This document shows, piece after piece, positions 47,901-57,409 of a DNA stretch of 64,000 nucleotides. The stretch spans positions 32,674,001 to 32,738,000 of the forward strand of contig OX442314.1 of NCBI GenBank assembly GCA_949358305.1, read 5' to 3'. Position 1 is the stretch's first letter. Each line of letters opens with the position of its first letter. The position numbers were made by a program, and so were the translations under genes. The stretch comes from Strigamia acuminata. Taxonomy: Eukaryota. The notes under the pieces are model-generated. The model did no database searches, was not told the origin of the DNA, and worked only from the letters and a program-made list of their open reading frames with translations.

Positions 47901-50579
47901 AAGGAAATAGTGAAAACGATAATCGAACACAAGTTAACTAGGAAATCATCTTGATTTTTATAGATTGAAAGAAGGATGAAATATGAATCAAAATGGAGCG
48001 AGGTTGTTGATCACATATTGCACAAAATGAGTAACATTTGGTAATGTTTTTGTTGCTTGGTAAACTATACTTTCAGTTGGTTGACAAAAACCTTTCTACA
48101 TTTCTAGCTCAATAGTAAATATTACCATTGAGGATGACAATAATAAACTTAAGAATCTGAAGAAGAAAGTAAGTAGGTGCATTCAAAAAGTCTAAAACGT
48201 ATGCAAAACCCGTTTCGTGTTTGTACGTGACTTTATTCCCATTGAATAACATGTTATTCAATGGGAATGGGAATGACGTCACGTACAAACACGAACCGCG
48301 TTTTGCATACGTTTTAGACTTTTTGAATGCACCTAGTGTGTTAATTAAAACGTTGTGATATTAGTAAGTTTGGACAAGGTTACTATTCCTTATATGGTTT
48401 GTACATGATAGCTGGAAGTACAGTCGGTTCCAATAAGTTGAGACTAACCTGAAATTTTTGTGAGCAAATTTATTTTGTCACAATTATAAACGAGAAAAAA
48501 AGCAAAAAAACTGGCTTGGCAGATTGAAATCTGAATAAAGAATCAATTACCGTTTATAATCTCTCCTACCCGCAACAATGGTTTAACAAAGGGATTCATG
48601 TTTAGGAAATTAACTTAAGCTTTAATTATTCAAGTCGGAAATCTAGTTTACAGATAACTAAAACCCATAAAATCATTATAACTTACATGCTTTTGTTCAA
48701 TACAAACTATATGTCATACCTCTATCTTAATTCTAGTAGAAATAACATAAATGAAAATAATTTAAGTTATTATCATAACATAACTTACAAGTTAGGCATA
48801 TGCCTAAGTTATGTTATGATAATAACTGACTTGTGAGCTCATGCCTGTCCATGCACTAGAAAGCAGTTGCTAGTTTGGGAACTCTAGAAGAACTGACTTT
48901 AAAGGGAAGCTTTTGTTACTAAGTTAACTCCTGTTCCCCCTGTTAACTTCAATAGCTCAAACCGATTACATCACAGTGGCAAACGCCATCTGCTGAGCTT
49001 ATATTGCACTGTACCCGCTGAAATGAAGCACAGAAGCCAGCCAATTCACGGTATGGCTTAAACACGAGACAAAATCATTTTCCCTAGAAATTCTGTATGT
49101 AATTGATTTTAATCCAAAGAAATTGCACACTTCAATATATGTTAACACCCAACATTTTTCAGAATTCATTTCTTATTCAACATGCCTATTCTTTTATCAG
49201 CAATATGACTTTGTCAGAACGATATTTGGAATGAGTACAGAACGTGTGCTGAATTTCGACTTTGTCAATTCTCCGATCTACAGAGACACATTTGCATTCG
49301 TCATACGAGAGGACAGTGTCATCAAAGAATACTTATGGTTGACATTTTTCAAACCGTTTTCAATGGTTGTTTGGTTGTGTATTTTAGCTACTTATTTGAT
49401 CATCGCTCTATCTGTTGCTTCGATCACCCAAAACCACAAAAGCAAACCCTCAACTTCAGGTAAAGACACTTCAAAAGATTACTAATCAATTTACAAGCAA
49501 TATTACTTTTATTGTACATCAAAGGTTATACTATTACTGGAACGGAAAACTTGTTTCGTTTGCTAATCATTTCAAGCTACAGTGCGGTACTGTATACATC
49601 ACTCACTGTTCCAACATCACGCCTGCAATACAACAGCATTCAAGACGTATTGTTAGACGACCGAGTCAACCTTTATGCTTTTGGAGTGCGGTTCCCTTAC
49701 GAGCTAATTAAGGTAATGGATAGAAATGTCAAAACACCGACTGACTTGAATTGTTACACTATTAAAATATCAAAAGGTGCCTGTTAAACATACTTACTGT
49801 ATGCGGTTAAGAATGCAATATTTTATGCCTTTTATTTGGTTGGAATTGTGCACCCATGTATGATAGAGTTTAGTACAGACCAACAAATGAAAGTGTATGG
49901 ATTTGGAATTTGTAAGTGGTACTTGTAATTGGAAAGTTCTTATTTTTCTATGGCAGAATTCAGAAACAAATCTTACACGGGAAATTTGGCATCGGATGGA
50001 AACAAGTCCCGGAGAAGGAAACATTTCCTTCACTGATGCTCCAAAACTACTTTCGAAGAACAAAAACGCCATCATCGAAATGTACATTACACTCAAACAG
50101 ATGTACGGACAAAACTGTACGTTTAGTTTTATAAAAATTCCGATTGGGGATATGTCAGCTTATTTCATGTTTAATAAAAAATCTAAATTTGTTGAGTTAA
50201 TTAATCAGAAGTGAGTATACTGTAATAGTTAATTTGGTAAAGGATTTAAAATTCAACTTCAATTATACGTTTTAGCATTTTGAACCTAAACGAAAAAGGA
50301 ATCGTAAACAGACTCGACGATAAATACAAAACATCAACATTTTGTCAGACAAGAAATTATGACTTCAAACCCATCTCTATTTACCACACAATCACAGCAT
50401 TTCTGATTTTAATTGGAGGAGTTTTCTGCTCTGGAATTATATTTCTCGTGGAATTTCTTTATCGGAACAAGTTTGAAACTGGCTGTGCGCGCACAAATCC
50501 AAATCCACCCGTTATTTTAGCAACTGAGAGCGTAGAAGCTGAAGCTGACTCATGTCATGTCTTAGTTTCAGCAAGTTAA
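20969..50579 (+). CDS. Divergent ionotropic receptor (IR/iGluR-like), copy 2; 11 exons, about 600 aa
   Basis: Exons 20969-21029, 21128-21256, 21321-21463, 22089-22259, 22570-22725, 47964-48040, 48108-48168, 49201-49459, 49525-49712, 49957-50210 and 50276-50579; GT-AG, phases match, 1803 nt open. Collinear paralog of copy 1. Intron 5 is 25.2 kb. Confidence 0.78.
21490..21830. mobile_element. hAT MITE
   Basis: TIRs CAGGGGTCGGCAAC / GTTGCCGACCCCTG, 8-bp TSD TTCTAGTT. Empty site at ~2155. Confidence 0.9.
23370..23969. mobile_element. piggyBac-like MITE
   Basis: TTAA-CCCT...AGGG-TTAA with subterminal GGGTCAATTTTGACCC / GGGTCAAAAATGACCC. The same left end is seen at ~20080. Confidence 0.75.
25981..32805 (+). 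mobile_element. Copia A: MBD-bearing Ty1/Copia inserted in the 5' leader of Gypsy D
   Basis: Identical 470-bp LTRs 25981-26450 and 32336-32805 (TA...CA), TSD TTACT. PBS TGGTAGCAGAGG (tRNA-iMet, 26453), PPT AGAGGGGG. Confidence 0.96.
27582..32316 (+). CDS. Copia A polyprotein gag-PR-IN-MBD-RT-RNase H, split by a single +1 frameshift at ~29290
   Basis: CYNCGGKGHFSRDC, WYVDTGATDH, WHGRMAH..CDAC, VHMDVWG/RTDRGGEF/NSVAER, MBD-like 30541-30720, RT YVDD, RNase H FTDASY. Confidence 0.9.
32836..37550 (+). pseudogene. gag-pol of Gypsy D (disrupted)
   Basis: Three CCHC knuckles, protease IDTQS, RT DLASGYYQI..YMDD (RT N-terminal part missing), RNase H HTDAS..ELE..VTDC, integrase H..H..CIVC/HLDH/TDRG/GQVER. 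Probable frameshift ~33100, MITE at 34985, in-frame TGA at 36612. Confidence 0.9.
34985..35418. mobile_element. pogo/Tigger-like MITE in the RT of Gypsy D
   Basis: TIRs CCGTATATACTCGC / GCGAGTATATACGG, TA TSD. Removing it restores the frame (..MELIEKMRK..). Confidence 0.9.
38608..38824 (+). repeat. 27-bp coding tandem repeat (ENENEVEIS), about 8 copies, continuing after Copia B at 45734
   Basis: GAGAACGAGAACGAAGTTGAAATTTCC units. A 42/51-bp repeat (TEVKKTRT) lies at 38291-38450. Confidence 0.9.
38825..45728 (-). mobile_element. Copia B: intact MBD-bearing Ty1/Copia inserted in Copia C
   Basis: Identical 458-bp LTRs 38825-39282 and 45271-45728 (TG...CA), TSD TTTCT. PBS TGGTAGCAGAGGAT (tRNA-iMet, 45268-45255), PPT AAGGGGGGA. 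Confidence 0.97.
39301..44136 (-). CDS. Copia B polyprotein gag-PR-IN-MBD-RT-RNase H, 1611 aa, uninterrupted
   Basis: CFNCGGTNHFAREC, WYVDTGATDH, WHSRMGH..CDAC, VHLDVWG/KTDNGGEF/NSVAER, MBD-like 41070-40891, RT YVDD, RNase H YTDASF. Confidence 0.96.
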   Translation of the reverse strand: MASWDRRDDYKDVEKLNGTNYSTWSVQIQLLLQSYGVWGHVTGKEKALPATASAKEIREFDKREEKARSTICLACGKAQQVVAVAHEGAKEVWEALKAAYQPTTRARKARLRREFLMLKLHEQEEMMVFLARVDRKALELKDIQVDISDEFLAFQYLDLLPHQYETVKQTVYHWGDPEFTSKAVKERLLGEYNRLYEQTDEFGVPAGMVDNASAYFTKGRWQRGRGGNVSGSPRVCFNCGGTNHFARECPSPPKQQQGAARGNPIGQFSRGSQRGKNRGKGQQKAAVTQMDIFSDSPVSYFSAAICQEQPPVAVSLLSHANYDSQWYVDTGATDHFSFNKSWFSDFKPLTGYSVQQGDGKSKIEGIGNVTLISIHGQRTRELTLKNVYYAPNFKKNLISLGRTDEAGATTMVKNGKMFIYDVTIDDPSITAIRTSDRMYKVNCRINPKNSVNTVALSAQQSATVASSPPLKGGEIVDPLLTHLNFKTALTQNLSKSGKPVPANKGQTKTANNAPAIVANNASMEISNQQSSVLTDTQTSLVASKGNKPKNAKILKTIVQNNLTNGNGVVDGKDASIKPDKPQTMDIWHSRMGHLNAKGIALLNKSTEVFGLKLSNTELSSCDACSRAKSTRASFPPIANISTKGILEIVHLDVWGPSPVKSIGGAYYYLVMVDDFSRLMWIVIMKKKSEVLGHFKKWLTEIERTTSRKVKSIKTDNGGEFVSKQWDEYASSIGLKCMRTNAYSPEMNSVAERTNRTILGGIRALMIENSLPPSLWAELAVSVVYLKNRFPHAGLGGRTPYNVFFNKKLSLRHVKCIGALTYVHVPSQTRAGKLQERAWAGALIGYASTTRGYRIWDPNRNQVFLSKHVKILEQNFWYENLQNPQLTPSPFTDDSDSSGEDSFDDSVSETDSVHGDPIPEYPEGEGEEDPVEGGAPEDFNYVDAMQYIIGDLNVINDDEIGGAKGDNRDFFNIYPDDEDESEEVEDPDASPQLSPQLSPTLPRRNPPRKGKDTGERTASTSELLPLDMTLWQRRQTVRQSGATAGKVDVWYITPKHEKLRSRVEVVRWCKTEGYEYRSELFNFKDVTIGFAGCCSVEPDTYEEAVTGVSKPDWENAMEDEINIFKEREVYVEVDKDQVKDKTLLGSKWIYKLKRDHTGTIRRYRARLVAQGFKQKPGIDFTEVFSPVVNFVLVMMFFCILVVLRGWRDVHLDIKAAYLYGDLDEVQYIHIPKGYRTSENQHKCWELRKSLYGLHQSGRMWYQRLHDQLIEIGFEPVLGLNCVYSLGTDAILIFYVDDIVLFSKDNIAEECVLDWIQQSFEIVNLGPVTLLLGIEFCRDGENIFIHQRAYIAKLCKQYGIDSCHRVRVPGTPGTMIQKVQTGERVNSSFPYRSLVGSLLFIASRIRPDILFSVIVLSQYNETHSTRHVNMLLQILRYLGNTPNYSINLGNCQSENLTVYTDASFALDQDKRRSFGGHIIYLGGVPISWNCHKQTITALSIMESEFLAVVDGVKEIIWLERIFGADVMMDGFNRQIPCVYADSMPAIQYAKNRIENRANKHIDVKLHFVRDWFEKGVFRIRHIPGTLNVADLMTKWLSRAKLDALCEHIFVAAK
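47375..47681. mobile_element. hAT MITE
   Basis: CAGGGTTTCCCAAAC / GTTTGGGATCCCCTG, 8-bp TSD CCTTAAAC. Confidence 0.85.
48175..48334. mobile_element. Near-palindromic PIF/Harbinger-like MITE, immediately after the first 6 nt of the exon 7 donor intron
   Basis: AGGTGCATTCAAAAAGTC...GACTTTTTGAATGCACCT, TSD AGT. Empty site at 12236-12245. Confidence 0.88.
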
Positions 50580-51185
50580 ACTTTTAATAAAGCAACATAT
50601 TTTTACTATATTGGATAGTTTCTAGTTCTACATTTAGCAACTGCTTTTGCACACATGAACAGAAACATCACACGGATGCTTCACAACATTGCTACTTGAG
50701 TGACATTTTTACAGTTTTAGATCTAGAATCAGACCTGTTAGAAATTAAAATTTTGTTTGTTTACTGGCCAATAAAATATATTGTACTCCCCCAATCTATC
50801 TGTGTTGTCGGAGCTCATTTCTACTGAATCGGTTAGGCAGAATTAGTTCATGAAAAGATGATAAAAATTGTCAATTCTAGTTGGTGAAACTGACATGAAC
50901 CAAGATGACGCTAAAACCAGCATGAAACTATGAGACTATCAAAAGGTCTAGTAAGTGAGAAGAGTAACCGAAAAGAGAAAATTAGGTTTTGTACTTTTTT
51001 TTTATTCTACAGTTTTCGTATCGCGAGAAATAAACTTGAAAAAATGTTTGAGAACTAGTGTATTCTCCAGGCAGATAGTTTAGTATATTCAGACCAATAA
51101 ATGAAAGTGTATAAATCTGGGATTTGTTGTTGGTAATAAATACTCCGTAGTAAATTACCGGTATGATCTTATTTTTTTGTGATAG

Positions 51186-51730
51186 ATGGCTCAAACAAAT
51201 CTTACACGGGAAATTTGGCATCGTATGGTAAAGAGTACTGGAGAAGGAAACATTTCCTTGGCAGATGCTCCAAAACTGCTTTTGAAGAACAACAATGCCG
51301 TCATCCATTTGTATAATCACTTGAAACAGAAGTACGGAGAAAACTGTGCGTTAAGTTTTATAAAAATCCCGATTGCTGTTTCGGGTTATTACATGTTTGA
51401 TAAAAAAGTCAAAATATGTGGATTTTTTTAATCAGAAGTGAGTACTGTGGGTGTAAATTTATCAAGACTTTAAAAATTCAACTTGCAATCTACAAGTACT
51501 TGTACATTTTAGCATTTTGAGCTTAAAAGAAAAAGGAATTTTAAACAGAATTGAGGATAAGTACAAAACAGCAACATTTTGCGAGACAAAGAATTCTGAC
51601 TGCAAACCCATCTCTATTTATCACACAATTACAGCATTTCTAATTCTCATTGGAGGAGTTTTCTGCTCCGGAATTTATATTTCTCATTGAATTTGCTTTT
51701 TCGACCATGTTTCAATCTGGCAGTGTGCAC
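51186..51730 (+). pseudogene. Third IR fragment (homologous to exons 10-11 only), frameshifted
   Basis: AQTNLTREIWHRM..GEGNIS..ENCALSFIKIP and ILSLKEKGI..CKPISIYHTITAFLILIGG. Frameshifts near 51405 and 51677. No upstream exons in the flank. Confidence 0.8.
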
Positions 51731-52451
51731 ATTCCACCAGTATAAAATCTGAAGCTCACCTAAAGTTTAAGTTTATGCAGCTGCGGTGTATAATGCAATA
51801 TGTGTAAAGCATCAATATTTTCCTAAATTTATCTAAATGTAAATAAAATAATAAATACCATGGTAGAATACCGTTGTAGGATCGTGGCTTGTACCCACAT
51901 AAGTTAAGTCAACTGCATTAATTTGCATTAGTCACTCCACTTTGTTCCAAAAGTTCAGTGTTTTTGAAATTATAAAATAGAAGAATACTAGATTAAAAGT
52001 GTCGCTTACCAGTCTCTCGTACTTCATGTGGCGGTCGAACTCGCAATGAGATCCAATTACCTTCTATTCTTGTATTGCCAACAAGTATCCAAACTGAAGT
52101 TGTACACAGGTATAAAATAAACGACCTTTTATTTAGCTTACTAATACAATAATTTATGGTTTATGCTACAACTACAAGTATTTCTGCAAATAAACGCCAG
52201 AACCGAGTTTTATTTTTATGCTGGATGAGGAAATTTAGTGATGATTGGTATAGTAAATGGGAGATGGCAAAGTCTAGGACAATTGGCAATAATAGCAGAA
52301 ATTCAGTCGTCACTGTTCGTCAAAATAATATCATTTGCTTATTTAAAACCATGGGAGTATGAACAAGCGAAAGGGCATGTCATAAACTAAAAACCAAAAG
52401 GGTCTTTCTGTAGGTTTATCAGACGTCATCGTCACAAGGCAAAACTAACAT

Positions 52452-54490
52452 CAACGACCTTCCAACGACCTTCCAACGACCTTCCAACGACCTTCCAACG
52501 ACCTTCCAATGACCTTCCAACAACCTTCTAACAACCTTCCAATGACCTTCCAACAACCTTCTAACAACCTTCCAATGACCCCCAACGACCTTTAAACAAC
52601 CTTTTAACGACCTTCCAATGACCTTTCAATGACCTTCTAACGACCTTCCAATGACCTTCCAATGACCTTCAAACAACCTTCCAACGACATTCCAACAATT
52701 CCCGAACGTTCCTGAACGAATGCCAACAACCTTCAATGATCTTCTAACAACCACCCAACGACCTTCCAAAGACTTTCCAACAACCTTCCAACGACCTTCC
52801 AACAACCTTCCAACGATCTTCTATCAACCTTCTAACAACCTTCCAATGACCCCCAACGACCTTCCAACGACCTTCTAACAATCCTCCAACGACTCCAACG
52901 ACCTTCCAATGACCTTCCAACGACCTTCCAACGACCTTTCAACAACCTTCCAACGACTTTCCAACAACCTTCCAACGACCTTCTAACAACCCTCCAACGA
53001 CCCCAACGACCTTCCAACGACCTTCCATCAACCTTCCAACGACCTTTCAACAACCTTCCAACGACTTTCCAACAACCTTCCAACGACCTTCCAATGACCT
53101 TCAAACGACCTTCCAACGACCTTTCAACAACCTTCCAACGACTTTCCAACAATTCTCGAACGTTCCTGAACGAATGCCAACAACCTTCAATGATCTTCTA
53201 ACAACCACCCAACGACCTTCCAAAGACTTTCCAACAACCTTCCAACGACCTTCCAACGACCTTCTATCAACCTTCTAACAACCTTCCAATGACCCCCAAC
53301 GACCTTTTAACGACCTTCCAACGACCTTCTAACAATCCTCCAACGATCCCAACGACCTTCCAACGACCTTCCAACGACCTTCCAACAACCTTTCAACAAC
53401 CTTCCAACGACTTTCCAACAACTTTCCAACGACCTTCCAACGACCTTCCAACGACCTTCCAACGACTTTCCAACAACCTTCCAACGACCTTCTAACGACT
53501 TTCTAACGACCTTCCAACGACCTTCCAACGACCTTTTAACGACCTTCCAATGACCTTCCAACGACCTTCTAACAACCCTCCAACGACCCCAACAACCTTC
53601 CAACGACCTTCCATCAACCTTCCAACGACCTTTCAACAACCTTCCAACAACTTTCCAACAACCTTCCAACGACCTTCCAATGACCTTCCAATGACCTTCA
53701 AACGACCTTCCAACGACCTTTCAACAACCTTCCAACGACTTTCCAACAATTCCCGAACGTTCCTGAACGAATGCCAACAACCTTCAATGATCTTCTAACA
53801 ACCACCCAACAACCTTCCAAAGACTTTCCAACAACCTTCCAACGACCTTCCAACGACCTTCTAACGACCTTCTATCAACCTTCTAACAACCTTCCAATGA
53901 CCCCCAACGACCTTTTAACGACCTTCCAACGACCTTCTAACAATCCTCCAACGATCCCAACGACCTTCCAACGACCTTCCAACGACCTTCCAACAACCTT
54001 TCAACAACCTTCCAACGACTTTCCAACAACTTTCGAACGACCTTCCAACGACCTTCCAACGACCTTTTAAGGACTTTCCAACAACCTTCCAACAACCTTC
54101 TAACGACTTTCCAACGACCTTCCAACGACCTTCCAACGACCTTTTAACGACCTTCCAATGACCTTCCAACGACCTTCTAACAACCCTCCAACGACCCCAA
54201 CAACCTTCCAACGACCTTCCATCAATCTTCCAACGACCTTTCAACAACCTTCCAACGACTTTCCAACAAATTTCCAACGACCTTCCAATGACCTTCCAAT
54301 GACCTTCAAACGACCTTCCAACGACCTTTCAACAACCTTCCAACGACTTTCCAACAATTCCCGAACGTTCCTGAACGAATGCCAACAACCTTCAATGATC
54401 TTCTAACAACCACTCAACGACCTTCCAAAGACTTTCCAACAACCTTCCAACAACCTTCCAAAGACCTTCCAACGACCTTCCAACAACCTT
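52452..54490. repeat. 11-bp satellite (CAACGACCTTC)n with higher-order structure
   Basis: About 2 kb array. A marker block AATTCYCGAACGTTCCTGAACGAATGCC recurs at 52697, 53151, 53748 and 54356. Confidence 0.95.
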
Positions 54491-57409
54491 TTAATTTTAA
54501 ATATTTCTTGTAAAATATTTCACAATAATAATCTTTATAATAATCTTTTTTAATAATTTTAAAACTAAATTTAAAATTATTTATCTTTTTATGTACAAGT
54601 AGTTATGAACAGACATGTGAAATCACACTTGTAAATTATCTTAAAGTCCTTGGTTTGAAAAGTGTAAATGTAGGAAATAAAATAAAGGAGACCTTCTCTT
54701 GAGTTGTATAAAAAAAAACACTGGTGATTTATTTTCAGACTAGAGAATAAAAAGGGGGAAAAGGGTATGTGGAGCTCTCTGATTGGAGAGTGGAAATAAT
54801 TTGACCGCAATTAGTTGATTCCAAGAAAGGTCAAGTGGAAGTTGAAGAAGTGAAGTTTTAGGGTGAGAAGGTAGGGATTATTGCTCAGTAAATAGGTAAA
54901 GTTTAAAGGGAAAATAAATGCAAATTACAAACACCAAAACTACAAATTACAAAATGCTGAAAATGAACTCGATACAAATAAAAGTAATAAAAAGTAATGA
55001 AAAAATATGCGTAAAACCCTCGGTTTTCACAAGACATTACACATTGGTGTGGCAGATATGCATGCAACTACAGATAAGAAGTTAAAAAAATTCGAGTCAA
55101 ATCGCCCAACTCTTGCAAGAAGACGTCTGACGTGAGTATACTCTTGTTTGACTCAAAAAGGCGGCCTTCTCCCATTGGCCGAGCCGTATCACTGGTGTAG
55201 TGATCCAAAAATATAGACCCAAACACCAGAATGCATTACAATGTACAGACATTGTAATCGATTGCCTTGATTTCGGGTACATTGGTCAAACGTAGCGGGT
55301 GGGCTGTCGACACGTTGGCTTGACGTTCGACATTTACTCACGTTTTTTAGTTGGTGACGGCGCATTACAGCACGTACTAACAACGTTACTTAATAGATTC
55401 GTTCTACACAAAACGTGCAGAACGAATAAAATCGGGATGGCTGGCTTCTCTGCGGGGTTCATCGTGATCTTAACTTCACAGTTCGCACATTTCTCCGTTT
55501 GTTTTCGTTATGTTAAGACATTTTGGTTTATGGATCTGGAGGATTCTCGTACAACAGAGCTGTAGTTAAGGTATATGTGTGAATACGCGATGTCGTCTGA
55601 TGTTCGGTGTTGAATTAAAAATAGAAAGATTCCCAAGGTGTGGTTTTCCCTCTGCATTTATTTGGTTGGGGTGGAAAAATGGGTAGAAAACCAATTAAGA
55701 GCCAATTACAAGGGCGACAAGCGATAGCAGTCTTTTTATTTTCTTTTTTTTCCTGGCACTTTGCGCCAGCTGCGAAATAATATGATCGCCGGGGAACGAT
55801 GTATAAAAGTTAAAATTAAGAAAATGAAATTAGGAAACAGAAAAAGAAAATGCCAGTGCAGCAAACTTAATTAAATCATCATTGCTAAATCTCCAAAAAC
55901 GTAATTACAACACCATCACCTCCTTTTAGACTTCTAAACCTGATGTTTAGAAAGTCTCATGAAACGGTTCTGTCTGTCTGTCCGTCCGTCCGTCCGTCCG
56001 TCCGTCCGTCCGTCGTCAACGATTCCGCAAAAACTATAGCAGCTACAGCAAAACGGACAACGGCATTAAATTCAGCATGCTTATATTATTATTGTAAGGT
56101 ATTTTCAGATTTCTTGGACCTCCGGTTGAATTAATAAACCGGTTTTAGTGCACTTTTAGCCGTCTAATAATACTACTTCCGTCCTGCACAGGAAGTTGTA
56201 ACATTGTACTAGCGCCACCTGGCGGATCCCGTGAGCCATGAAATCTTCGTCGCGATACGTTTTTTGATGTTTACTATATGGAAATGACGTCCAAAAATTC
56301 TGGAACCAAGCCCAATCAATTGGAAATCCAAATCTGCATGGCCCTGTATTTTTTTTTTTGATTGAAAAAAAGTAGCATCACGATCCACCAAAGTCGCCGA
56401 TCGAACGGGAAATTCAGGAGGAAATTTGAAAATGTTCGTGGCGATTCGTTTTTTTATGTTTTCTTTGTCGAAATGAGGTCCAAAAATTTTGAAACCAAGC
56501 TCATTTTGTAGAGCGGACAAATGCGCACATTTTCTGTATTTTTTCTATTGCGATTTGGTTGACTTTTTTTATTAACAAAAATCGATCTTATGTGTATTTT
56601 GAACCATACGTAATTATTACAATAAAAATTCGTCCACATTAAGGAATCATTACTATTTGTTCAAAAACTAGAACAAAATTATGAATAATCTCTTCCCGAA
56701 ACCTGCAAATAAATGTTCTTTAAATTATACAAAATCTAAACTCCACCGTTTCGCCGAGTACGCCAAAAGTGAGTAGCGTGAATGTCCAGGCCTGGCCATT
56801 AGGCGCAACATCAAGCAGCGACTATCACTGTCGAAGCGACACCTCTGCCCCTGATACGAGAAAGAACGAACGAGTTGAATTTAGCAACAGAATCAGAATT
56901 TTAACTGATGTCACAAAAAAGTGTTTGCTATTAAGTTATATCAAACGATTAAAAATCAAACTGCCATTTCAGCATTTCCAATACTGTTTAACATTAATTT
57001 ATTTATTCTTCGAAAACATAATTACAATTTTGAAGTTTGCCACTGCAGTTCAGCCATTACTTATCTACGTTTCGTTACGTGATATTAGATTATGTTACGT
57101 TTTCATAACGTGTGTTTATATCCACGTATATAAGTGCAATACTTTTTTGAAGTGTTCACACCGTGTAACTTATCATGTCTCGAATCAACGATTAAGGCAT
57201 TTTAACTTTTTCACAGATTTTTCAAGTTTTCGATTCACAACACCCAATTTTTTTTTAATTGATTTAATTTTTTTTTACGATTAATCCAATATTTCTTTTT
57301 TTGAATACAATAATTTTTTTTTCAAACTTTTACAGAGCCTCTATAGTACAGATAGAGTTTTCAGAGCCTCTCCGAGTAGAGTTTTCAGATATCAAAAATA
57401 TTCTGTACA

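Noticed and set aside
52832..54406. Repetitive ORFs (LEGRWKVVGRS / TTFQRPSNDLP)
   Set aside because: By-products of the 11-bp satellite, open on both strands.
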